From: an uncultured Chloroflexia bacterium
GTDB taxonomy: Bacteria; Chloroflexota; UBA6077; JACCZL01
Direction of reading: 5' to 3'
Length of the DNA: 64,000 nt
Assembly: GCA_963765765.1 (NCBI GenBank)
Contig: CAVXYC010000020.1
Span: 1 to 64,000 of the forward strand
Positions 11,792 through 21,073 of the stretch are shown in pieces; position 1 is the stretch's first letter; each line of letters starts with the position of its first letter. A program made the position numbers and the translations under genes. The notes under the pieces were generated by a model, which saw nothing but the letters and a program-made list of their open reading frames with translations, was not told the DNA's origin and made no database searches.

Positions 11792-11919
11792 CCTGTGCCT
11801 CCTGCCGTGGCTTCTCGGCTGCTGCGGGGCTGGGCGCCCTGATCGGCGCTCGAGGCGCTCCAGGACGGCGAGCCCCTTCGGTGTGATGCTGATGCGTTCG
11901 ATGGGCTGAGGGGCAGCCA

Positions 11920-12295
11920 TCAGGCCACCCCGTACAGTCGCTCGTACTCGTCGGCGCCGAAGGCTTGCAGCGATGCCGGGGCCTCGACGAACGCGATACC
12001 GAGCTGGCGAGCGAACCGAACGGCCAACTGGTGCTTGCAGGTCGCCACGCCGCGCGTGGGTGCTGTCCGGACAGTCACAGCTCGCCGCAGTGACTGTGTA
12101 GCTCTTGTTGGTGTCGCATTCGCTCGGGACCGTGTAGGAGCCGTCCGCGGCGTGGGTGATCGGTCGGAAGACGGCGATCAGCGCGGCCTTCTCGGCACGG
12201 GCCTTCAACTCGGGCGACCATCGGACCGTGCGCTCAACAATGGCGCGCAACGTGGCGACGGTGGGCGCGGTAGCGGAATTACAATGAGTCTGCAC
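11920..12295 (-). CDS. SWIM zinc-finger domain protein (frameshifted; 3' end approximate)
   Basis: YTVPSE..KSYTVTAASCDCPD, then CKHQLAV in the shifted frame, giving the CxC..CKH SWIM signature. Confidence 0.65.
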
Positions 12296-12361
12296 GATGT
12301 GACATCCTGTGTCCTTCGTGTCCGCCGCCTGAGAGGTGGAGTCTCAGGCGGCTTTCTTATA

Positions 12362-12380
12362 TCCAGATAATTCCAGATAA
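12362..12380. promoter_or_regulatory. Direct repeat TCCAGATAA x2 in the divergent intergenic region of the element; candidate operator
   Basis: atccagataa ttccagataa in an AT-richer gap between the SWIM gene (-) and the excisionase-like gene (+). Confidence 0.4.
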
Positions 12381-12451
12381 CACCAGCTAAGTCAAGCATG
12401 TACGGGGAGCAAATGGTATTAAATGTGGTAGACTGGACACAGAGGTTGACG

Positions 12452-12639
12452 ATGCCCACTGAAGAATTCCTTACCGTCAATGAGACGGCTCAGCGACTTA
12501 AAGATCAATCCCGAGACCGTGCGGGTCTGGATTCGCGAGGGGAAGTTACGGGCCGCGAACCCTCGGTGCCAGACGCTCAGGCTACCGGATCCCCGAGAGC
12601 GAAGTGCAGCGCATCCTCCAGAGCGCTTCCGAGGCATGA
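12452..12639 (+). CDS. Excisionase-like MerR/HTH_17 DNA-binding protein (apparent frameshifts)
   Basis: Joined frames give MPTEEFLTVNETAQRLKINPETVRVWIREGKLRAA..YRIPESEVQRIL; GAGG upstream; lies upstream of the integrase. Confidence 0.75.
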
Positions 12640-12910
12640 GCGCCTCACCAGAGCTTCGCGCTCTGATCGACGCTGTAATGACGGAGGACGGGAATGCCCG
12701 TCTTTACATCTGGAGGCGAATGGTGGAGGGGGATGGACGATTCGAATTCGTCTGCGCCCACAAGGCTGGGTCCCAAATGGAGAGAGGCCCGACCCCCCGA
12801 CGGTCAATGACCTCGGAACGCTGGCTGATCAGCTCCGCGCGGCCGGCATGACGGTGGAGCGCATGGCCGTACGCAACGGCTCCTACTTGTGGGTTCGGGA
12901 CGAGCGTTGA
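12636..12910 (+). CDS. hypothetical protein (probable frameshift)
   Basis: ATGA overlap with the xis-like gene; MSASPELRALIDAVMTEDGNARL...LADQLRAAGMTVERMAVRNGSYLWVRDER. Confidence 0.4.
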
Positions 12911-13392
12911 CCCGCCGCGGCGATGGTGAGGACTCGCTCTACAAGGACGGTTTACGTCAGGTAAGTGACCGTCCGTTCGTCGAGTTTCTCATCTGTTGCG
13001 TCACGAGTTGCACTCAGGATGGCATCCTGGTGAATGTACAAGATGCCGGTTGGAGTGAAGCGGCACTGAATGAATTTCCAGCTGAGTTTGAAATTCAAGC
13101 CGTATCCTGGTTATCGGTTCCGTGGGAGTATCGAGATCGCCACATCTTTTACGACTATCGCCTGATTGACGATGATGGCGGGCCTGTCGGGAACCCAAAT
13201 GCTGGCGATATCGTGGTTGATAGCGCTGCCTTTACTCGTCCTGGGGCAAATTTGCGCGTCGCGCTGCCCTTATCGATTACGCAGAGGATCCTCAAGCCTG
13301 GAGAGTACTTCCTCGAGTTTGACCTTCAGGGAACTGATTTGCTGACGAGCGAGAAAAAGACTATCCCGATTACTTTTCTTCAAGCTGTCTAA
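12907..13392 (+). CDS. hypothetical protein in an AT-richer insert; N-terminus mimics the integrase start
   Basis: Open frame (L)TRRGDGEDSLYKDG...EYFLEFDLQGTDLLTSEKKTIPITFLQAV; visibly lower GC than the flanks; true start uncertain. Confidence 0.45.
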   Translation: MTRRGDGEDSLYKDGLRQVSDRPFVEFLICCVTSCTQDGILVNVQDAGWSEAALNEFPAEFEIQAVSWLSVPWEYRDRHIFYDYRLIDDDGGPVGNPNAGDIVVDSAAFTRPGANLRVALPLSITQRILKPGEYFLEFDLQGTDLLTSEKKTIPITFLQAV

Positions 13393-13444
13393 TGCCAAAG
13401 AAACGTGAGCACAACACCGGAACGGTCCCCTACATGGCGCCATC

Positions 13445-14654
13445 ATGACCCGTCGAGGCCACGGAGAAGGATCCATCTACAAGGACGGCGACGGTCGATG
13501 GCGCGCCGTTGTGGATCTCGGCTGGCAGCAAGGCAAGCGCAAGCGGAAGTACCTCTCGGGGAAGACGCGCCGCGAAGTCCAGGAGAAGCTCTCGGCCGCG
13601 TTGCGCGCTCATCACCAGGGCATTGCGGTTGGGATTGACGAGCGGCAGACACTCGGGAAGTTCTTGACGCAGTGGCTCGAGTCTGTGAAGTCTTCTGTCC
13701 GCCCATCGACGCTTCGCTCGTACAGCCATTACGCGACATTCCATCTGATACCCGAACTGGGGAACGTCCGCCTCGCAAGCCTCACGGCTCAGCAGGTCCA
13801 GAGCATGCTCACTCGGAAGCTGGCGTCGGGCTTGGCGCCGCGGACTGTTCAGCACCTCCGGGCCGTGCTCCGAACCGCACTGGCGCAGGCGCTCCGCTGG
13901 GATCTTGTCCCGCGGAATGTTGCCGAGCTTGTCAGCGGCCCGCGCGTGGAAAAGGTGGAGATTCAGCCGCTCACTCCAGAACAGGCACGGCAGATGATCT
14001 CGGCGGTCCGAGACGATCGCCTGGGAGCGCTCTACATCCTGGCTCTGGCCACGGGGCTGCGTCAGGGCGAGCTGCTGGGTCTCCGCTGGCAGGACGTCGA
14101 TCCCGAGGGGCTCACGCTCCGCGTCAGTCGCACCCTGCAACGTGTCGACGGACAGTACCAGCTTCAGGAGCCCAAAACCCATCGCAGCCGGCGTGCATTG
14201 GTCCTTACCGGCCATCGCAGCGGAGGTACTCATTCGACACCGTGAACGTCAGGCCGAAGAGCGCGCCATATTCGGATCCGATTGGATCAATCAGGAGATG
14301 GTATTCACGACGGATCGCGGGGCACCGCTCAACACGAGCAGCGTGACCCATCGCTTTCAGGATCTGCTCAAGAAAGCCGGGCTACCGAAGCAGCGCTTCC
14401 ATGATCTGCGCCACGGTTGTGCAACGCTGCTGCTGTCTCAGGGCGTCCAGGGACGGACCGTCATGGGCACCCTCGGACACTCACAGATCAGTCTCACCAT
14501 GGACACCTATGGGCATTTGACGCCCTCCATGGAAGCCGACGCGGCCGCGAGGATGGATGCGATCCTTCGCGGCGATGATTCTTTTTCGCCCCGTTTGGCT
14601 GCCGACTTGGCTGCCAGTCTGAACGAAGCTCACGATGGAGAGCAGGAAAAATGA
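13445..14654 (+). CDS. int: Tyrosine recombinase/integrase (one apparent frameshift near 14210)
   Basis: MTRRGHGEGSIYK arm-binding start, GLRQGELLGLRWQDVD, EPKT, RFHDLRHGCAT, LGHSQISLTMDTYGH (the R-K-HxxR-H-Y set). Confidence 0.93.
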
Positions 14655-14688
14655 CCGCGTCCAAGATGGAGAACGGCCAAATTACGGG

Positions 14689-14761
14689 TGACCCCGGGCG
14701 GACTCGAACCGCCGACACATGGTTTAGGAAACCACTGCTCTATCCACTGAGCTACGGGGCC
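14689..14761 (-). tRNA. tRNA-Arg(CCT)
   Basis: The reverse complement GGCCCCGTAGCTCAGTGGATAGAGCAGTGGTTTCCTAAACCATGTGTCGGCGGTTCGAGTCCGCCCGGGGTCA folds to a cloverleaf with anticodon CCT. It is followed by CCC rather than CCA. Confidence 0.95.
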
Positions 14762-14995
14762 ATACACCGACACCTGGCCGATGCAGGAATTGTAACTCAG
14801 TGTTGTTGGTCAGTCCTCGGAGGGCTGGCGAACCACCTCTCGGTTACGACTGTCGCGCCAGATTTTGAATCCGTTCTGGAGCTCGCGACCAAGCAAAAAG
14901 GCCACGGTCCATCCGGCCACGAGCAGTGCGTACTGAGCAATCTCCACGAGGTAACTCCTGCATTGTGATGATGAGTAGGATAAACGATCGGTATG

Positions 14996-15039
14996 GCGCG
15001 CATTATGACAAATGCACGCGCGCATTATGACAAATGCAC
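14996..15039. repeat. Perfect 22-bp tandem duplication GCGCGCATTATGACAAATGCAC x2
   Basis: Read directly; each unit contains the dyad GCATT-N6-AATGC. Confidence 0.9.
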
Positions 15040-15099
15040 CGTTGTTTGCACCATCCTTTATGTTGAACGCTCGAACCGCGCAACGGTATTGGACCGCAC

Positions 15100-15132
15100 A
15101 AAAAACCCGCGTACTAACTAAGTACGCGGGTT
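15100..15132 (-). terminator. Intrinsic terminator after tRNA-Leu
   Basis: AACCCGCGTACT/AGTACGCGGGTT stem followed by a T-run on the minus strand. Confidence 0.8.
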
Positions 15133-15218
15133 GGTGCCGAAAGGGGGATTCGAACCCCCACGAGCGTAAGCTCACTACGCCCTGAACGTAGCGTGTCTAC
15201 CGATTCCACCACTTCGGC
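15132..15218 (-). tRNA. tRNA-Leu(CAG)
   Basis: The reverse complement GCCGAAGTGGTGGAATCGGTAGACACGCTACGTTCAGGGCGTAGTGAGCTTACGCTCGTGGGGGTTCGAATCCCCCTTTCGGCACCA has a long variable arm, anticodon CAG and an encoded CCA. Confidence 0.97.
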
Positions 15219-15315
15219 CGAATGCAGAATTATACCATTCAGCCGAGGGTGTGCCAGATCATAGGACCAGCGAACTCCAACCGAACTGCGCCTACTCCGC
15301 CACAAGGAATCGTCC

Positions 15316-16314
15316 ATGACCTCAAGCATTCAGCGCATTGATATCCATGCCCACGTGCTCGAAGAGAGCACCATGAAACTGCTGGGCGGGCTATCTCCAC
15401 TAGTCACTCCCAGACTGGAATGGGTCGGCGACACAACGACCCTCGTCATTCACGACTTCAGGTATCCGTTGTTCCCCCGAGGCGGTTGGGACCTGGAACG
15501 ACGTATCGGAGACATGGACCGGTCCGGCGTGCATCGGCAGGTGCTTTCCGTTCCGCCATTTACGTTCTTTTACGATCAAGATCCTCATCTGGCGGTGGAG
15601 ACGTGCGAGATTCAGAACAATCGCATCGCGGAGATCCTGGCCGAGCATTCGGGACGATTCTTCGGTTTTGCCGCGGTTCCACTTCAAGCTCCAGAGCTCG
15701 CGGCCACGGAGCTGGAGCGAGCAATTGGGCTGGGGCTTCACGGGGCAGAGATCTGCACCAACGTCGCGGGACGCAATCTCGATGAGCCGGAGCTCGATGC
15801 ATTCTGGGCGAAAGCGACCTTGCTCAACGTTCCGATTCTGCTTCATCCCCACAATGTGGCCGCTATGGATCGTCTCGGTAAGTACTATCTGAACAATCTC
15901 ATTGGAAATCCTCTTGATACAACCATCGCCATCGCATCACTGATCTTCGGCGGAGTCCTTGATAGGTTTCCCACGCTGAAGCTGTGTTTCGTGCATGGCG
16001 GCGGGTATTTTCCCTACCAATGGGGGCGCCTCGAGCATGGCTACCACGTTCGCGCTGAGCCGCATGTCAACGCGGCAAAACCGCCGCGCGAATATCTGGA
16101 TCGATTTTCGTTTGACACCATCACGCACTCCATGGGCGCGCTCGAATATCTGATCCGCGTCTTTGGATCGAGCCGCGTGCTGTTAGGTACGGACTATCCC
16201 TTCGACATGGGACTCGAGGATCCGCTGCCCATCGTACAGGGCCTCGAGTCAATCACGGATGATGACAAGGCCGCAATACTGGGTGGAAACGCCGCAAGGC
16301 TGCTCAACCAGTAG
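15316..16314 (+). CDS. Amidohydrolase_2 family protein (ACMSD-like decarboxylase/hydratase)
   Basis: IDIHAH, LLHP, HGGG, LLGTDYPFDMG. Confidence 0.88.
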   Translation: MTSSIQRIDIHAHVLEESTMKLLGGLSPLVTPRLEWVGDTTTLVIHDFRYPLFPRGGWDLERRIGDMDRSGVHRQVLSVPPFTFFYDQDPHLAVETCEIQNNRIAEILAEHSGRFFGFAAVPLQAPELAATELERAIGLGLHGAEICTNVAGRNLDEPELDAFWAKATLLNVPILLHPHNVAAMDRLGKYYLNNLIGNPLDTTIAIASLIFGGVLDRFPTLKLCFVHGGGYFPYQWGRLEHGYHVRAEPHVNAAKPPREYLDRFSFDTITHSMGALEYLIRVFGSSRVLLGTDYPFDMGLEDPLPIVQGLESITDDDKAAILGGNAARLLNQ

Positions 16315-16325
16315 AGAAGCGCCCG

Positions 16326-17591
16326 TCAGGTGGCCACAGGACTCGGCGCCGCGGAAGGCGTTGGCTCTCTCCGCGGCGTGCCACCAACTCCGAAGACCAC
16401 GACCGATGCGATGAAGCCGGCCAGCGCGCTGATGAGCAGGCTCGGCTCATACGATCCGTAGCGGTCATAGATCAAACCGTCTAGATACGCGCCCAGCGCC
16501 GAGCCAATTGGCATGATCGTGAACATGGAGCCGTAGATCGTTCCCAGTGAAGCCAGTCCGCAGCGATCGGCCGTTAATGCTGAGGTGAGTGGGCCGGTGG
16601 AGGTCCAGGAGATCCCCAGCAGGAGGCTTCCGAGATAGAGCGATGGTAGGTCGTGTGCCTGGAAGAGCACCAGGAACGAGAATCCACGGACGAAATAGAC
16701 CAGCGCGAGCACGTTTTTCCTACCAAATCGGTCCGCTACGGCGCCGGCGCTCAAACCACCCACGATGCTAAACGCACCTACAAGACCAAGCGCTTGCGCC
16801 GCGGCCATGTCATCCATACCCATGTCTGATGCGAACGGAATGAAATGCGTATTGGCAAAACTCATCGTGAAGCCGCACACAAAGAAGCCGAGCGTCAGTC
16901 GCCACAGATCGGGCTGTTTGATCGCTTCTCTGAAACTGATGCTCACGGCGTTGGCGTGCCGTCGACCTTCGGGAGTTCCGGCGCCATACGGCTCCATGCC
17001 CTTGTCAGACGGTCGGCTTGCCAGCAGAAGTATCGCCAGCGGGAGGACCAACAAGAGCATCCAGAGCGAGATCGTTCGGAAACCCGTTTGCCATCCGAAG
17101 GCCAGTACGATAAACATCGCCAGGGGCACAACGACGAGCTCTCCCATGGACGTTCCCGTGGATCCCAGCGAGAGCGCAAACGCTCTCTTCTCATAGAACC
17201 ATGCGCTCACCATAGACGTGGTAGTGACAGGCGAAGCCGCGCCATACCCGATGGCCAGCAGCACACCGTAGGTGAGAAAAAACTGCCAGTATTCAGTGGT
17301 GAATGAGCTCAGCAGCAGGGCAATCCCAGCAATTGCGAGCCCAGTGCAATACACCACCTTTGGTCCAAACTTATCTGTAAGCACACCCGCGGCGGGACGC
17401 ATCAGTCCCCCCAACAGGAGACCGGTGCTCTGAACCAGCGAGATAGAGGCGCGCTCCCAGCCAAGGGTCTCGGTCATCGGCTTCACGAACACGCCAAACG
17501 AGAATCGTGCGCCCGCCGATGAAAACGAGAGCAGCATGATCGTGGCTACAAGAATCCAGCCGTAGAACACCCTGGGATTGCGACCGAGCAT
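16326..17591 (-). CDS. MFS transporter
   Basis: 421 aa hydrophobic protein with GVLTDKFGPK and GAVADRFGRK MFS motifs. Confidence 0.9.
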   Translation of the reverse strand: MLGRNPRVFYGWILVATIMLLSFSSAGARFSFGVFVKPMTETLGWERASISLVQSTGLLLGGLMRPAAGVLTDKFGPKVVYCTGLAIAGIALLLSSFTTEYWQFFLTYGVLLAIGYGAASPVTTTSMVSAWFYEKRAFALSLGSTGTSMGELVVVPLAMFIVLAFGWQTGFRTISLWMLLLVLPLAILLLASRPSDKGMEPYGAGTPEGRRHANAVSISFREAIKQPDLWRLTLGFFVCGFTMSFANTHFIPFASDMGMDDMAAAQALGLVGAFSIVGGLSAGAVADRFGRKNVLALVYFVRGFSFLVLFQAHDLPSLYLGSLLLGISWTSTGPLTSALTADRCGLASLGTIYGSMFTIMPIGSALGAYLDGLIYDRYGSYEPSLLISALAGFIASVVVFGVGGTPRREPTPSAAPSPVAT

Positions 17592-17714
17592 GAGGCCTCC
17601 GTTCGGAGTGCGCGCCGGGCAAGCGCCAACGGTTCAGCTTATCCCAGGCCAGGGAACAGTAGCTAGAGGCCAGACGCCGAAGGTCAGGGAGCGGACGAAT
17701 CCAGGGAGGAGACT

Positions 17715-17771
17715 AATGAAGAATGCAGAATGGTCGCCGTCCATACGGCCCTATTCGTCATTCTTCCTTTC
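17715..17771. repeat. Imperfect palindrome built on GAATG/CATTC heptad-like units
   Basis: aatgaagaatgcagaatgg ... ctattcgtcattcttccttt between two minus-strand genes. Confidence 0.5.
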
Positions 17772-17809
17772 TTGCCCACTGCACTGCGAATCGCCTCTCG
17801 TCTCTAACG

Positions 17810-18328
17810 CTACTGCCTCTGCCTATCGCGCTCGTGCTTCTTAAGAAGCTCATCACTGGTGCCCTCTCGTGCGTTCTCGCGGACGGAGTCCACCGTGGAT
17901 TCTTCGGTGACATCGTCATCCAGAGCGATATCTCCACACGAGACGTAGGTCGCTTCGTCTTGTGGCGATTTATGGACATTGATCGCCATTGGCTCACTCA
18001 GAAGCGCTCCAAGATTGAGATCCAGCACTGTTTCTGACTTACCGTTCTCAACAGAGCTCAGAGGGTAGAGCGGCGTCGCGTTGGGCTCCGGGCAGCTTCC
18101 TAGATGGACGTGTGCGGGCTCGGGCCCAGGGGCGGGGTTGTCCAGGGCGACAACGACGCGAGTTTTGTCTCCTTCTCCGTACAGCGTTGCTTTGCCGGAG
18201 TGACCCGACCCGTTTTGCGCCATCATGCTGATGTCCACCGACTGTTGGGCGGCGGCCACACCGACGCTTAGAGAGAATGCGGATGCCAGCAACGCAAACC
18301 CAGTCGCAGCTCTCAATCGCTTTTCCAT
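17810..18328 (-). CDS. Secreted protein with a CHRD / Cu-Zn SOD-like beta domain
   Basis: Signal peptide ending AAAQ; SGKATL, PAHVHLGSC, AINVHKS, VSCGDI; GGAGG RBS. Confidence 0.65.
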   Translation of the reverse strand: MEKRLRAATGFALLASAFSLSVGVAAAQQSVDISMMAQNGSGHSGKATLYGEGDKTRVVVALDNPAPGPEPAHVHLGSCPEPNATPLYPLSSVENGKSETVLDLNLGALLSEPMAINVHKSPQDEATYVSCGDIALDDDVTEESTVDSVRENAREGTSDELLKKHERDRQRQ

Positions 18329-18519
18329 GCAACCACCTCCCGTGTAACGCGAGACCGTGAACTTGCCAAGACCTTGCCGCTGATGGCGTTTCGTAAGTTC
18401 TACGCATCACCGTGTCTGATTGGATCGCTTTCACCTGGCGCGGGTCATGCATGTCGTTTGGGGGGATGCACAATTCCCACGGTATGATCGCCATACGTCA
18501 AGCAATATCCGGAGAGTGA

Positions 18520-18846
18520 ATGCGGCGCATCGTTCGGGAAGGGATCGGCTATCCCGTGTACACAAATGAAGACGACGCGGTGACCAGTCACGCCGCGTGG
18601 GACGAGCGTCCGTCGGACCGCGAGCACTTTGGAATCTGTCAGCTCATCGCCAACGCGCTCGGCTACCAGGTAGGCGAGTTTTATAACGCTATGCGCTACC
18701 ACCAGTGGCTCCATGCCGGCCCACCTAACGAAGAGCTTCCTCCGGATCATTGGATCCGAGAGCAGCGTGAGCGCGCCGCCCATGTGCGATGTCCGAAGTT
18801 TCGTTATCGCATCACCATTGAGGTAGAAGAGCTCGATGACCCATGA
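18520..18846 (+). CDS. hypothetical protein
   Basis: 108 aa ORF with GGAG upstream; overlaps the next ORF. Confidence 0.55.
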   Translation: MRRIVREGIGYPVYTNEDDAVTSHAAWDERPSDREHFGICQLIANALGYQVGEFYNAMRYHQWLHAGPPNEELPPDHWIREQRERAAHVRCPKFRYRITIEVEELDDP

Positions 18847-19141
18847 GGAAAGCACTAACGCTGGAGACCTGAGTTACCGCGAGCGGTTGGGCAACACGCT
18901 GAAGAAGCGAGACCATCAGGTGTTGCGCGACTTCTTGCTCCAGCAGGCGCGCACGTTTGGCGACAATGCCCAGGTTGCGGCCATCTCAAGCCAGTCCGAT
19001 GACGAGATGGCGCAGCTCATGCATCGCATGATTCTGGCTCGACCGGATCTCAAAGAGCTGCATTCTGCGAGCCGCGATGCGATTGGCTTAGATGCTGCAG
19101 TAGTCAAACGTAAATCAGGTCCGCCGCGTAAGCGACGCTGA
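18836..19141 (+). CDS. hypothetical protein
   Basis: 101 aa helical-looking ORF coupled to the upstream gene. Confidence 0.55.
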   Translation: MTHEESTNAGDLSYRERLGNTLKKRDHQVLRDFLLQQARTFGDNAQVAAISSQSDDEMAQLMHRMILARPDLKELHSASRDAIGLDAAVVKRKSGPPRKRR

Positions 19142-19270
19142 TCCGGATAATCAAGGATTATCGGTCACCAATTCGCGATTCTTGAAAATGCCCATGCGCG
19201 CCGGCAGCGTTTCTTACAATGTCCATAGGACTGTCTCTGCAGATTAAGAGACACGGCCAGGGAGTGGCCA

Positions 19271-20131
19271 ATGCGGCGTCGGATCTTCCGCATCGGTTTA
19301 TTGATCGGATCGATGCTGTTTGCATGGGGCCTGGTGGCCGGCATCGCCGTGATCGTCGTTGGAATCATCCACCAGGGCGACTCACTGCTTGCGGCGCCTC
19401 AGTCGGTCATGCCCATGCGGGAGGCCATGGACCGAGTACGCGCCTTTGCCGAAGATCCGAAGCTCGATCTCAGCGGCGGACTTTCCCCAACAGTCCCTGG
19501 CGATGACTCGCGACCGGTCTATTGGTTCGAATCAGGAGCAGGAACGACCGTTGACGAGTTCAAAGTCGATGGTCTCAGCGGTGAAGTGCTCGAAGCAACA
19601 TTTCGGTCTCGCTTGATCCGAACAACACCGGATCGGCGCACCACGATGGAGCAGGCGGCGGTCATTGCTTCCGGATTCGCTGACCGGCGCTTCGATGGTT
19701 TTAGCAAATTGACCCTGATCGAGAGATCGTCGCTGCCTGCTCAAGATATTGGCGCGATCCACTCAATCAAATGGGTCCTGGTGGACGAGTCCACGCGGGC
19801 TGAGCTCCCTACATCAGTCACAGTGGGCGTTACGGGAACGGATGGGCGCGTGGTTCGCTACATCGCTCAGCGTGACCCGCTACAGATCGACACGACGCCG
19901 ACAATCTCGGCCGATCAGGCCTCCAGAGTCGCGCTATCGGAGGTTGCAGCCGACCCGAACTGGCGGGGTGCTACTGTGAGCTCGCGGCGCCTACAGGTGA
20001 TCTATGACGAGGTGGATCACCAACGTCTCGCCTGGGCCGTCGCCCTCGACGCGCCCAACACAGCGCCGAGCCCTATGCGACTCATGATGTTCGTCGACGC
20101 CAGGTCGAGCGAGATCATTGAGCTGAACTGA
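19271..20131 (+). CDS. Membrane-anchored protein with PepSY-like repeats
   Basis: N-terminal TM helix; FKVDGLSGEVL, ISADQA, MFVDARSSEII; GGAG RBS. Confidence 0.65.
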   Translation: MRRRIFRIGLLIGSMLFAWGLVAGIAVIVVGIIHQGDSLLAAPQSVMPMREAMDRVRAFAEDPKLDLSGGLSPTVPGDDSRPVYWFESGAGTTVDEFKVDGLSGEVLEATFRSRLIRTTPDRRTTMEQAAVIASGFADRRFDGFSKLTLIERSSLPAQDIGAIHSIKWVLVDESTRAELPTSVTVGVTGTDGRVVRYIAQRDPLQIDTTPTISADQASRVALSEVAADPNWRGATVSSRRLQVIYDEVDHQRLAWAVALDAPNTAPSPMRLMMFVDARSSEIIELN

Positions 20132-20153
20132 ACCCATCAATAGGCCCTCGATA

Positions 20154-20972
20154 TCAATCCACGGTAAGTGGCCGGGATTTAGAGAGCGTCTCCAGCATCG
20201 CTCCATGCAACAGGCCATTCGAAGTTAGTACCGTGATGTGCGGGGCATCGAGGTCGAGCGGCTGGCCGGTGATGTCGGTGACTGTACCGCCCGCTTCTTC
20301 CACCAGCAGGATACCAGCGGCAATGTCCCAGGCACGGATGGACGCCTCCCAGTACGAGTCAAACCTTCCGGCGGCGACATAGGCCAGATCAAGAGCCGCG
20401 GAGCCAATACGACGCACCGCCTGCGAGCGCTGAGCGAAGGCCGCAAACTGACCAAGAGCTCGCGGAAGAAGCTCCTTCTCATACGGGAAGCCGGTAGCCA
20501 CAAGCGCTCGCCGCAGGATGGACACCCTGGAAACATGGATGGGGCGGCCGTTCAGCGTTGCACCGCCACCACGTGATGCGACGAAAAGCTCCGTCTGGGT
20601 TGGATCGTAAATGACACCAACTTGAACTGCTCCCGCACGCTCGTACGCAACGGAGACAGAGAAGGGTGGCAGGCCATGGCTGTAATTCGTAGTCCCGTCG
20701 AGCGGATCGATGATCCAGCGATGATCTGGATTGGTCCCACCGGTCGATCCCTCTTCCGCAAGGATCTGGTGGTCGGGAAAGACCTCTCGAATGGCCGCTA
20801 CAATCGTGGCCTCAGCCATGATGTCTGCTTCGGTGACGACATCGATCTCACCCTTGTATCGAATGTCGAGCACCGAGCCGAACCTTTCCCGAAGGATCGC
20901 GCCGCCCGCCTGCGTGGCTGCCACGGCTACTTCGACGGCACTTGAAAGGTCATGGTCGGGTGTCACGGACAA
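20154..20972 (-). CDS. suhB: Inositol monophosphatase family protein
   Basis: DVVTEAD, LAEEG, WIIDPLDGTTNY, RRIGSAALDL, WDIAAG. Confidence 0.92.
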   Translation of the reverse strand: MSVTPDHDLSSAVEVAVAATQAGGAILRERFGSVLDIRYKGEIDVVTEADIMAEATIVAAIREVFPDHQILAEEGSTGGTNPDHRWIIDPLDGTTNYSHGLPPFSVSVAYERAGAVQVGVIYDPTQTELFVASRGGGATLNGRPIHVSRVSILRRALVATGFPYEKELLPRALGQFAAFAQRSQAVRRIGSAALDLAYVAAGRFDSYWEASIRAWDIAAGILLVEEAGGTVTDITGQPLDLDAPHITVLTSNGLLHGAMLETLSKSRPLTVD

Positions 20973-21012
20973 GTCAACGGCTCCTCACTCAATCGATTCC
21001 ATAGCGTATCCC

Positions 21013-21050
21013 AATCAAAAACTCCCGCCACATGGCGGGAGTTTTTGATT
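21013..21050. terminator. Intrinsic terminator downstream of the ferredoxin gene
   Basis: Perfect inverted repeat AATCAAAAACTCCCGCCA-ca-TGGCGGGAGTTTTTGATT. Confidence 0.85.
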
Positions 21051-21073
21051 GTCAAAATGGGGTTCGACCGTGC

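Larger units (their letters stand above)
11396..14686. mobile_element. Integrative element or prophage-like module at the 3' end of tRNA-Arg(CCT); left boundary not resolved
   Basis: A tyrosine integrase ends about 35 bp from the tRNA 3' end. An excisionase-like HTH gene and small phage-like ORFs, including a SWIM-finger protein, lie upstream. Confidence 0.7.

Noticed and set aside
14651-15329. ORFs 14651-14968, 14810-15175 and 15114-15329
   Set aside because: They overlap the two tRNA genes and have no protein motifs.
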